Positions 36,550 to 45,277 of a stretch of DNA of 64,000 nucleotides are shown in pieces. The stretch is from Nitrospinota bacterium. GTDB taxonomy: Bacteria > Nitrospinota_A > UBA7883 > JACRGQ01. The stretch spans positions 6,242-70,241 of the forward strand of contig JACQEX010000030.1 in NCBI GenBank assembly GCA_016200345.1, given 5' to 3'. Each line of letters opens with the position of its first letter. The first letter of the stretch is position 1. Below the pieces are notes generated by a model. That model had not been told where the DNA came from and did not search any database. It was given only the letters and a program-made list of their open reading frames with translations. A program made the translations under genes and the position numbers.

Positions 36550-37047
36550 ATGGGAACCATGAGGCAACTAGTGTTTTTACTTCTTCTTTTGTCGGCCGCC
36601 CCGGCTTTTGCCGTGGAGGAGATACCGGCCACCAAGGCGGTAAAGGACGCGCTGTACCAGAATCTGACGTCCAACCTTGCCTGCCGTTGCGGGTGCGGAA
36701 CAACCCTGAAAACCTGCCCGCACGAGACCTGCTCCTTCGCAATCCCGGCAAGAAAAGAGATACGCGGTTTTATTGACCAGGGACTCGGACGCGAGGAGAT
36801 AAAGGCTAAAATGGTCTCCCTCCACGGCGAGGCGATACTAGCCCAGCCGACGTTCGCGGGATTCAACGTGCTGGGATGGGTGACCCCGTTTGTAGGCATT
36901 TTGATTTTCGGATATTTGGTGGCGTTAACCGTCAGGCGATGGACCTCCCAAAGGGTGACGGCGACCGGCAAAACGGAGACGACACAAAGGTCAGCCGACC
37001 CGTATTTGGAAAAAATGCGCGAAGAGCTTAAAAAATTCGAGGAATGA
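36550..37047 (+). CDS. CcmH/NrfF-family thiol-disulfide protein (signal peptide, Cys-rich motif, C-terminal TM)
   Basis: Signal peptide, LACRCGCGTTLKTCPHETC motif, the conserved EI...MV..HGE.IL..P block of CcmH, then a TM helix. Confidence 0.55.
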   Translation: MGTMRQLVFLLLLLSAAPAFAVEEIPATKAVKDALYQNLTSNLACRCGCGTTLKTCPHETCSFAIPARKEIRGFIDQGLGREEIKAKMVSLHGEAILAQPTFAGFNVLGWVTPFVGILIFGYLVALTVRRWTSQRVTATGKTETTQRSADPYLEKMREELKKFEE

Positions 37048-37048
37048 G

Positions 37049-37411
37049 ATGATTGGCGTCGAGATTTTATTGGTTCTGGTCGTAATGACGGCTATAGGCT
37101 ACCCTCTTTTTGTCCAGCCAAAGGCGGTCGAGGTGACCGAGGACGGCGACGAATACCACAGGCTTGTATCCGCCAAGGAGTCGGCCTTTGTAGCGCTTAG
37201 GGACTTGGAATTTGACTTTAAAACCGGAAAGTTGGACGAGGAGGACTACGACCAGCTTAAGAGCCGGTACGAAAGCGAGGCGGTGGCCGTCCTAAAGGAA
37301 ATTGACGCGAATCAAAAACCGACCGACGCCATTTTTTGCACGTCCTGCGGCGCCAAGGCGGAAGCAAAGGACAAGTTTTGCCGAAGTTGCGGCTCGCACA
37401 TCCCAAAATAA
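37049..37411 (+). CDS. Small membrane protein with C-terminal zinc-ribbon (CxxC...CxxC)
   Basis: N-terminal TM helix plus CTSCG...CRSCG. Start is 2 nt after the upstream stop. Confidence 0.45.
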   Translation: MIGVEILLVLVVMTAIGYPLFVQPKAVEVTEDGDEYHRLVSAKESAFVALRDLEFDFKTGKLDEEDYDQLKSRYESEAVAVLKEIDANQKPTDAIFCTSCGAKAEAKDKFCRSCGSHIPK

Positions 37412-37429
37412 CAGGCTAATCCCAAACTT

Positions 37430-38815
37430 ATGAGAGTTTGTTTAATCAATCCGCCGTGGAATCTTAAGAAAGGGAGCATTTGGACTCAAATAAGGAGTTC
37501 CATGCCCGCGCTGGGTCTTTTGTACCTTGCCGGATACCTTGAAAGAGAAAATATTTCCTCCGACATCGTGGATTTTCAGGCCACCCTTGTCCCGTGGGAT
37601 AAAATTGACGATAAAATCAAAACTCTTGAATACGATTTCTTCGGAATAACGGCCACGACCCCTTTGGTCGTAAACGCTTATAAAATTGCCGACATTATTA
37701 AAAAACACCATCCACTGGCAAAGGTGGTTTTGGGCGGCGTTCATCCCACGGCCCTGCCCGACGAGGCTCTTTCGTACCCGAGCGTTGATTATGTCGTTAG
37801 GGGGGATGGCGAGGAGCCGTTTCTTAATTTGGTAAAGGGAACTCCGCCGGACCAAATTTCGGGCATATCCTATAGAGACTCCGGCCAGGTTAAACACATC
37901 GGGGAGCCGGGTTACGTAAAGAACCTTGATTCGCTACCGACTCCGGCGTTTCATAAAATTGATTTCTCCCTCTATCATCCGGCGGTCGGGGCCTATAAGA
38001 GGTTGCCGGCGATAAACATGACCGCCACAAGGGGTTGCCCCGGAAAATGCACGTTTTGTAATTCCGCATCCACGAAATTACGGCACCGATCGGCGGAACA
38101 TATTTTTGCCGAGATGGAAATCCTATCAAAAAAATACGGGATGCGCGAAATATGTTTTTATGACGACACCTTCACGGTTTACCCGGAAAACATCAAACGG
38201 CTCTGCGAGCTTATAATCGCCAACAAGCTGGACATAACATGGTCGTGTTTTGCGCGCACAGACTGCGTTACCGCCGAAATGCTGGGGATGATGAAGAAGG
38301 CCGGTTGCCACCAGGTGATGTACGGAATCGAGGCCTACAACGAAAAAATTTTAAAAAATATCAAGAAGACCATTTCATATGAGAAAAACGCCAACGCCAT
38401 CAAGATGGCCCAAAAGGTCGGCATAACCGTGCGTTGCACGTTCATGTTTGGAAACCCGGGGGAGACGATTGAAACAATGGACGAAACGATTCAATACGCG
38501 ATTAAACTAAACCCGGACATCGCCCTCTTCAACATCACCATCCCGTTCCCCGGCACAGAAATGTACGAATGGGCGAAGTCAAAAGGATACCTGACGACGT
38601 ATGACTGGATGGAGTACGACCTGAGCGAGCCGGTGATGATTCTACCGGGACTCACGAGGGACTCCATGAAGAAAAAGTATAAGGAGGCGTTCTTCAAATA
38701 TTACCTGCGCCCCCTGTACATTTTGAGACAGATGAGACGGTTCGCCTCGCCAAGCGAGCTACCGCTCCTAATCGGTGCGCTAAAAAGCATGTTTCGATTC
38801 TTCAGGTCGGCCTGA
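37430..38815 (+). CDS. B12-binding (class B) radical SAM protein
   Basis: B12-binding N-terminus (RVCLINPPW...VVLGGVHPT) followed by CPGKCTFC. Confidence 0.8.
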   Translation: MRVCLINPPWNLKKGSIWTQIRSSMPALGLLYLAGYLERENISSDIVDFQATLVPWDKIDDKIKTLEYDFFGITATTPLVVNAYKIADIIKKHHPLAKVVLGGVHPTALPDEALSYPSVDYVVRGDGEEPFLNLVKGTPPDQISGISYRDSGQVKHIGEPGYVKNLDSLPTPAFHKIDFSLYHPAVGAYKRLPAINMTATRGCPGKCTFCNSASTKLRHRSAEHIFAEMEILSKKYGMREICFYDDTFTVYPENIKRLCELIIANKLDITWSCFARTDCVTAEMLGMMKKAGCHQVMYGIEAYNEKILKNIKKTISYEKNANAIKMAQKVGITVRCTFMFGNPGETIETMDETIQYAIKLNPDIALFNITIPFPGTEMYEWAKSKGYLTTYDWMEYDLSEPVMILPGLTRDSMKKKYKEAFFKYYLRPLYILRQMRRFASPSELPLLIGALKSMFRFFRSA

Positions 38816-38958
38816 CCGCCTTCGCGCAAACCGTGGCGTTCTTAAATGTTTCGTGTTAGTATCTAGAAAATTTTTGGGCGGATTGTTTTTGACATACAAC
38901 GGCCCCGGACACGACTAAAAAACGCGAATTATAATCAATTATAGGACGGCGATTGCTT

Positions 38959-39651
38959 ATGAAACTTTCGGTGATTGTTCCCTGTTACAACGAAAACAAC
39001 ACCATAGAATCCATAATAGCGGCTATCAAATCGTCCCCCTACCCAAACAAGGAAATTATTATCGTTGACGATTGCTCCAAAGACGGGACAAGGGACAAAC
39101 TTAGGAACGGCATCGAAAAAACCGTGGACAAGGTGATCTACCATGAAATTAACATGGGCAAAGGGGCGGCCTTAAGAACGGGCATTATGGCCGCGACGGG
39201 GGACATCGTGATAATACAGGACGCGGATCTTGAGTACGACCCCAACGAGTATGAACGGGTTGTCGAGCCGATAGTAAAAGGGAAGGCCGACGTGGTTTAC
39301 GGCTCCCGCTTTTTGGGCGGCGACGCCCACCGGGTGGTTTATTTCTGGCACAGGATTGGAAACGGCCTGCTGACCCTTCTTTCAAACATGTTTACAAACC
39401 TGACGCTGACCGACATGGAAACTTGCTACAAGGCCTTCAGACGCGAGGTGATACAGTCAATAAAGATTGAGGAAAATCGCTTCGGTTTCGAGCCTGAAAT
39501 AACGGCAAAAATAGCCAGAAAAAATCTGAGAATTTACGAAGTGGGCATTTCCTATTATGGCCGAACCTACGAAGAGGGAAAGAAAATCGGGTGGAAGGAC
39601 GGCGTCTCGGCCCTGCGATGCATTATCGTCTACAACCTCTGGAGGAGGTAA
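38959..39651 (+). CDS. Family-2 glycosyltransferase (polyprenol-phosphate glycosyltransferase-like)
   Basis: [20 protein letters not shown] motifs of GT2/DPM1-like enzymes. Confidence 0.8.
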   Translation: MKLSVIVPCYNENNTIESIIAAIKSSPYPNKEIIIVDDCSKDGTRDKLRNGIEKTVDKVIYHEINMGKGAALRTGIMAATGDIVIIQDADLEYDPNEYERVVEPIVKGKADVVYGSRFLGGDAHRVVYFWHRIGNGLLTLLSNMFTNLTLTDMETCYKAFRREVIQSIKIEENRFGFEPEITAKIARKNLRIYEVGISYYGRTYEEGKKIGWKDGVSALRCIIVYNLWRR

Positions 39652-39667
39652 AATCAAGACCGACGCG

Positions 39668-39910
39668 GTTGTTAGTGTGGCGTCCCAGTATCGGGTTTGC
39701 AATTTGGTGGTAGCGGCGGGCTTTTTTCGGCAACCTCCATCGGGTAGCGGTGATGCACGCTCTGACTTGGGTGGCGGAAGTATTATGGTCGCATACTGCG
39801 GCCTGCCTTGCGCCCTGCGGGCGCAACAACAGGATGAATCCCGTTGCTACCAATTCGTGTTGGTGCAAGCACCGCTTGTGAAGGAGGTACTGGGACACTA
39901 CATTAGCAAC
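39668..39910 (+). repeat. Structured repeat element copy A (~243 bp; terminal inverted repeats; MITE-like or ncRNA)
   Basis: Shares a ~110-nt identical core with copy B at 42882..43117. Termini GTTGTTAGTGTGGCGTCCCAGTA / TACTGGGACACTACATTAGCAAC form an imperfect inverted repeat with G-U-compatible substitutions. Confidence 0.6.
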
Positions 39911-39914
39911 CTTT

Positions 39915-40493
39915 TTGAAAAAGCGTGCCTTCGTGGATGAACCAGTTTTAGAGCCCATTTTGCGCGGTATGCGCCTAAGAAAGGTGTTGCCCACCATTCG
40001 ACTTTACAATGAATGCACCCTGTTGGACATAGGGTGCGGATGGGAGTGCCGCCTGCTCAAGGCGGTGGAGCCGCACATTAAATCCGGCGTCGGGATTGAC
40101 TTCAAGGTGCCCCCCTCGGAAACGGACAAAATCAAAACCCATAATTTAAGGCTCGATTCCAATCTACCGTTCCCGGACGAATCGTTTGACGTCGTCACAA
40201 TGGTCGCCGTCCTCGAACATCTTGCCAAGCCGGCGCAAATGATTGGCGAGATCGAGAGGGTTCTTAAAAAAGGCGGGAGGCTTGTCATCACCGTGCCCAG
40301 CAAGGCGGCAAAACCGGTGCTGGAATTTCTGGCGTACCGTCTTAAAATCATCAACGCCGACGAGATTCGGGACTACAAGCAATATTACGGAAAAAAGGAA
40401 TTGGCCGACCTTTTTAAAAACACAAAACTTGTCGTGGAGCGCCACAGATATTTCCAATTTGGTTTCAATAATTTGTTGGTGGCAAAAAAATGA
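39915..40493 (+). CDS. Class I SAM-dependent methyltransferase
   Basis: LDIGCGWE motif I and Methyltransf_11-like spacing (VVTMVAVLEHL...LKKGGRLVIT). Confidence 0.65.
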   Translation: MKKRAFVDEPVLEPILRGMRLRKVLPTIRLYNECTLLDIGCGWECRLLKAVEPHIKSGVGIDFKVPPSETDKIKTHNLRLDSNLPFPDESFDVVTMVAVLEHLAKPAQMIGEIERVLKKGGRLVITVPSKAAKPVLEFLAYRLKIINADEIRDYKQYYGKKELADLFKNTKLVVERHRYFQFGFNNLLVAKK

Positions 40494-40526
40494 ACCCCGA
40501 TAATTTCCGATTGTAGCGGCAAAATA

Positions 40527-42407
40527 ATGCTGTTGCAGACTTTTGTGATCCACCCGGCCTTGTCGGGCCCGACTGCGCTCCTGCTGATTTTAGGAATAAT
40601 ATTTGTCGCTGGCGCCGTTTTAAGACGAACAGGCGGGGAGACGCCCGGAAACCTAGAGCTTTTTTGCGCCTCTGCGATACTTATTGGTTTGATTTCGGCG
40701 CCGGTATACATCATGTCCAATCTGAACATCTCCGTCGTTGTTTATGCGCGAGTGATTGGATGGCTCATGGTCGGCGCGGGGATTTTTTCGGTTGTCCGAC
40801 GTCTGTCGGCCAAAGACGGCTTGCAAACCTCTCAACAACAATGCCGGGGGCTAGTGGAACGGGCGACTTCCGGCGCGGACGCCTTCCTTATATTCTTCGT
40901 TTTGCTCATGCTATTCGCCTGCTCCCTCGGCCCCCCCACAGACGCGGATTCGCTTGACTATCACATAGGCGGCCCCGCGCGCCTCCTTTCGGGCGAGTTG
41001 TCGTTTCCCAGAAGCGATTGGATGTTTTCACGCATATTGTTTCTTGGCGAAAGTTTCAACACCATCGGGCTCGCCGTGGGCGCGGACAATCTAAACGCCG
41101 TTTTACAGTTCTCGGCGCTCGCGTGGATGTGTTACCTGATGTATTCGCTTGTCTCGCCAAACGGGGCGGACAGGCCTATTTTGGCTTTGAAGCTTGCCGT
41201 GATGCCCTGCGCTCTTTTGGCGATTATCCCAAACCAGAAGCCGCAGTTTTCCGGGGCGGTGGCCGTAGTAAGCGCGGTAATTTTGGTCTGCACATCCAAA
41301 TCCAAAAGCACACGCACCTACTTTTTGGCGGTGGGCGCCATTTTTTACGCCCTCTCGATAAAATACACCTTTTACGTCACAGCCCTTGTTCCATGGTGCT
41401 ACATAGCCTATGACGCATATAAAGAAAAAAAAGTGGGGGTCTTCATTTTATCAAACGCATTTTTTTACATGGCGTTCCTTTTTCCTATTCATCTTATCAA
41501 CACGCTTGGTTACGGGAACCCGCTCACACCGCTGTTGGGGCGACTTTTCCATGAACCGGGAGGCAACGACTACCTTCACGATTGGAATCTTATCGCCTCG
41601 CATTTTTCAGAGGGGTTTGGCTTCCCGTTGGGATTGCTTCTCCCCTCCTCTCCAGGCCGCATAAGCACCGTTATCGGAATAGGCGTTTTTACATTTTGGT
41701 TTGTGGATTGGAAAAACGCCACAGCCAAAACCTTGCTGTCGGTGGCCATAGTAACGTTCGTTTTTACGGCGGCCCTTAGCCCGACCATAAGCAGGTCGTT
41801 TATGAATAGCTACTATCTAATGGTCGCGGCCGTCGCCATAGCGCCCAAGGAGAGAAAAGGATTCCGGCTTTTCAATATGGCCGGCACGGGCCAGCTTGCA
41901 TTATTGGCTCTTTCGGCGGGCATAGGCGGGTACATTCTTTTTCCGGGGGCGCTTTCTTGGGACTTGCGCGACAAGGTTCTAAGCCGCACCGCATACGGAT
42001 ACAACGAGGCCAAATATTTGGGGGGGCATTTGCCGGCGGACGCAGTGGTGATACAAACCTCGCGCGTCAACGCCTTCCTACAGCGCCCCTATTTTGGAAT
42101 GGACCATCTCTTTTTGATGAAATACCATCCGGACGAGTTTGACAAACGGATGGGGCAATTTTCGGGAAAGCGGTTTTTTTATGTGTCATCGTCCGAAATT
42201 ACCGCTAAAAATTTCCTTTATCCGACACTTAAGGAAAACGCCCCGTTCCTAGAGCCGCCGGAGTTGCCGGTAGGAACCCGAAACCCGTTCAATCGCGCAA
42301 CATACCGTCTGTACATTTATGAGTTGGATTATGACAGGCTCATGCGCCTCGACCTGGCAAACACCTACAAGGGGAGCCTCGGTTACTCTCAATCCGACTC
42401 CTTGTGA
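40527..42407 (+). CDS. Polytopic membrane protein, GT-C-like / O-antigen-polymerase-like (tentative)
   Basis: 626 aa, about 12 or more TM segments, DADSLDYH loop motif, large C-terminal soluble domain. Confidence 0.5.
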   Translation: MLLQTFVIHPALSGPTALLLILGIIFVAGAVLRRTGGETPGNLELFCASAILIGLISAPVYIMSNLNISVVVYARVIGWLMVGAGIFSVVRRLSAKDGLQTSQQQCRGLVERATSGADAFLIFFVLLMLFACSLGPPTDADSLDYHIGGPARLLSGELSFPRSDWMFSRILFLGESFNTIGLAVGADNLNAVLQFSALAWMCYLMYSLVSPNGADRPILALKLAVMPCALLAIIPNQKPQFSGAVAVVSAVILVCTSKSKSTRTYFLAVGAIFYALSIKYTFYVTALVPWCYIAYDAYKEKKVGVFILSNAFFYMAFLFPIHLINTLGYGNPLTPLLGRLFHEPGGNDYLHDWNLIASHFSEGFGFPLGLLLPSSPGRISTVIGIGVFTFWFVDWKNATAKTLLSVAIVTFVFTAALSPTISRSFMNSYYLMVAAVAIAPKERKGFRLFNMAGTGQLALLALSAGIGGYILFPGALSWDLRDKVLSRTAYGYNEAKYLGGHLPADAVVIQTSRVNAFLQRPYFGMDHLFLMKYHPDEFDKRMGQFSGKRFFYVSSSEITAKNFLYPTLKENAPFLEPPELPVGTRNPFNRATYRLYIYELDYDRLMRLDLANTYKGSLGYSQSDSL

Positions 42408-42410
42408 CGC

Positions 42411-42830
42411 ATGACCGACGTCTTCTCCCCCCAAAAAAGGTCGAGGGTGATGCAGGCCATCCGCTCCGCCGGCAACAAATCCACCGAATTGCGACTGATA
42501 AGAATATTCAAGGAACACTCCGTAAAAGGATGGCGAAGAAACATTAAAATTACCGGTAGCCCGGATTTTGTCTTCAAAAAATACAAAATCGCGGTTTTTT
42601 CCGACGGCTGTTTCTGGCACGGCCACAAATGCCGAAAACTATGGCCCCAAACAAACGCCGAATTCTGGCGCAATAAAATATCGCGAAACAAAAAAAGGGA
42701 CAAACTGGTAAACAAGGAGCTTAAGGCCAAAGGGTGGCGCGTCGTCCGTTTTTGGGAGTGTGAACTGGGCGCAAAATCCGTCCGCCCCCAAATAAGGCTT
42801 TTGCAAAACATGCTGTCCTGCGCCAAATAA
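42411..42830 (+). CDS. vsr: Very-short-patch-repair (Vsr)-like endonuclease
   Basis: DFVF...VFSDGCFWHGH...FWR Vsr signature. No adjacent Dcm-type methyltransferase. Confidence 0.75.
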   Translation: MTDVFSPQKRSRVMQAIRSAGNKSTELRLIRIFKEHSVKGWRRNIKITGSPDFVFKKYKIAVFSDGCFWHGHKCRKLWPQTNAEFWRNKISRNKKRDKLVNKELKAKGWRVVRFWECELGAKSVRPQIRLLQNMLSCAK

Positions 42831-42881
42831 CGAAACTTCATATTTCATCAACTTTCGTCCTCATAAATTTCCACCCTGTTT

Positions 42882-43117
42882 CTAGTGTAGTGTCCCAATA
42901 ACGGCTTTACAATTCGTTGGTAGCGGCGGGCTTTTTTCGGCAACCTCCATCGGGTAGCGGTGATGCACGCTCTGACTTGGGTGGCGGAAGTATTATGGTC
43001 GCATACTGCGGCCTGCCTTGCGCCCTTTAGGGCGCAACAACAGGATGAATCCCGTTGCCACCAATTTGTGTCGCCGCATATTCCGTCTGTAAAGGGGATA
43101 CCGGGACACTACACTAG
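42882..43117 (+). repeat. Structured repeat element copy B (~236 bp; perfect 15-bp terminal inverted repeats CTAGTGTAGTGTCCC)
   Basis: Same orientation as copy A. The internal hairpin loop differs (TTTA vs TGC) while the stem GCGCCC/GGGCGC is preserved. Confidence 0.6.
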
Positions 43118-43131
43118 GTGGTGATTAGAGT

Positions 43132-43159
43132 TTGACATTGTAAAAAGCTATTGTATAAT
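43132..43159 (+). promoter_or_regulatory. Near-consensus sigma70 promoter (TTGACA-N16-TATAAT) upstream of the TetR gene
   Basis: TTGACA at 43132..43137 and TATAAT at 43154..43159, followed by an AT-rich imperfect palindrome ATTACTTAG..ATGAGTGTAAT before the RBS GGAGG. Confidence 0.45.
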
Positions 43160-43224
43160 AACTATACATTAAATCGTTATTACTTAGTTTTAATGAGTGT
43201 AATATAACCATTGGAGGCGATAAA

Positions 43225-43965
43225 ATGAAAATATCCAAGGCACAAAAGGACAAAAATAGGCAAAAGCTTATTTCAGCCGCCGTGGACGTAATCACGGAAA
43301 AAGGGTTCCAGTCCGCCACCATGCGCGAAATCGCCAAAAAAGCCGGGCTTGCGGAGGCGACAATATATAAATATTTCCCGACCAAGGAAAAACTCGTTTA
43401 CGCCTATTACGAGCAAACCCAAACCGTGGCCGTCGAGAGAGCCGCAAAAGTTAAGGGGGTTGAAAAATTCACCCTTCGCGAACGATTCCAACTCTTGATT
43501 GACACGGGACTTGAGGCGTTCCTAAACGACCGCGAGTTTGTGCGCAAGACGTTCGGGGTGGCCTTCATATCCCCGGCCGGATATTTTGGCGGAACCTCCG
43601 AGGTAAAGAGATTGTTCGCCAACGCGGTTGCAGATTTGGTTGAATCCGCCGAAATACGGCGCGAAATACCGGAACAACCGTTCAAAGCGTTCGTTCCCGC
43701 CCTATCTTGGGATTACTATCTTGGCGTGGTCACATTTTGGTTAAAGGACGAATCCGAAAACTTTTCCGACACCACCTTGCTAGTCGAAAAAAGTCTGGCT
43801 GTCGTTGAGGCCGTGTTAAAAAGCGGAGTGCTCTCCACCGGGGCGGAATTCTTAAGCTTCCTATACAGGTCGCACGTGTCGCGCTGGCTGGACGTGGCTG
43901 GTAAAGCGTTTTGCCAGCCGGGAAAGAATGAAAAGAAAACGGGGCGCCGTCATGCAAAAAAATGA
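43225..43965 (+). CDS. TetR-family transcriptional regulator
   Basis: N-terminal HTH (ISAAVDVITEKGFQSATMREIAKKAGLAEATIYKYFPTKE). Confidence 0.8.
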   Translation: MKISKAQKDKNRQKLISAAVDVITEKGFQSATMREIAKKAGLAEATIYKYFPTKEKLVYAYYEQTQTVAVERAAKVKGVEKFTLRERFQLLIDTGLEAFLNDREFVRKTFGVAFISPAGYFGGTSEVKRLFANAVADLVESAEIRREIPEQPFKAFVPALSWDYYLGVVTFWLKDESENFSDTTLLVEKSLAVVEAVLKSGVLSTGAEFLSFLYRSHVSRWLDVAGKAFCQPGKNEKKTGRRHAKK

Positions 43966-45277
43966 AGCCCCCGTCCCGTCCGGAAAACTTGCGCGCGGGA
44001 AAACCGTCGGCATTGCCGTGGCCCGTGTCGGGGCGAAAAAACTCGCCCACGCCACCAAACGCGTTTTACTAGGCAAGGCGTCGCAAGAAAAAGCCGACGC
44101 ACGGTTTAACGAGGATTCCGCCAGGCTGATTTTCGAGGCGTTGGTTACGCTTCGCGGATCCGCGCTAAAGGTCGCCCAGCTTCTAAGCCTCGAAATGGAC
44201 CTTCTGCCCGAGCCGTATCAAAAGGAGCTGTCAAAATCGTGCTATCGCGTCCCGCCTCTCAACCGCGCGCTGGCCCGTAAAATGTTCATAGCCGGCCTTG
44301 GCAAATCGCCGGAGGATGTTTTCGCGGAGTTTGATTACGACGCATTCGCCGCCGCGTCCTTAGGCCAGGTTCATAAGGCTGTCCTGCGCGATGGCAGGCC
44401 CATTGCCGTAAAACTACAGTACCCCGGCATCCGCCAATCCTTAAGGAGCGATTTGGCAATCTTGCGGGGACTCGTCGCCGCCGTTCCACAAACACAAAAA
44501 GGCAAATTTGGCGCCGCGCTTGAGGAGATTGAAACCCGCCTTCTGGAAGAGGCCGATTATTTTATAGAGGCGGAAAATACGAAAATTTTTCACAAATTTC
44601 TAGCCTCTGCGTCCCCAAACATCACGACTCCAGAAACGCACCCGGATTTCTGCTCCGGCACCATTTTAACAACATCTCTCTTGCCCGGCGCGCATATGGA
44701 CGAATGGCTTGCGACAAAACCCGCACAAAAAGAACGCGACAAGGCGGCACAGGAGATTTTTGAAGCGAACATTGGATTATTTTACGAACTCAACACCATT
44801 CACGCCGATCCGAATCCCGGCAACTACCTTTTTGGCGACGGCGATAAGGTGGGCCTATTGGATTTTGGGTGCGTTAAGAAACTAACTCCCGGATTCGTCG
44901 GCCAATACAAACGCTTCTTGAGGGCCATTACTGGCGGAAGCAAAAAAGAGATCATTGAGTGTTGCCGCAACTTTGAACTGATTTCAAATAACAACGCTGG
45001 CGACGTGGAGACTCTTTACGAAAACCTTTTAAGGCCTTTTAACGAGTGGGTGGCATTGCCTTACAAAACCGACTTCTTCGATTTCAATAAAAACCCCGAT
45101 TACTGCTCGAAGGGGCGTGAATTTTACTCGGCGATAGCAAACCATAAAAGTAAAACCACCGAACTGAACCCAAATTTCATTTTTGTTGACAGGACTCGGT
45201 ACGGCCTTTATCGCATCTTCGAGAAACTTGGCGCAAGAGTCGCCTTTAAAAACAAGTGGGAATTCGAAAGGTTGTAG
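43952..45277 (+). CDS. ABC1/UbiB-family atypical protein kinase
   Basis: AAASLGQVHKA...IAVKLQYPG...HADPNPGN motifs. Start taken at the internal MQKNEAP. Confidence 0.75.
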   Translation: MQKNEAPVPSGKLARGKTVGIAVARVGAKKLAHATKRVLLGKASQEKADARFNEDSARLIFEALVTLRGSALKVAQLLSLEMDLLPEPYQKELSKSCYRVPPLNRALARKMFIAGLGKSPEDVFAEFDYDAFAAASLGQVHKAVLRDGRPIAVKLQYPGIRQSLRSDLAILRGLVAAVPQTQKGKFGAALEEIETRLLEEADYFIEAENTKIFHKFLASASPNITTPETHPDFCSGTILTTSLLPGAHMDEWLATKPAQKERDKAAQEIFEANIGLFYELNTIHADPNPGNYLFGDGDKVGLLDFGCVKKLTPGFVGQYKRFLRAITGGSKKEIIECCRNFELISNNNAGDVETLYENLLRPFNEWVALPYKTDFFDFNKNPDYCSKGREFYSAIANHKSKTTELNPNFIFVDRTRYGLYRIFEKLGARVAFKNKWEFERL

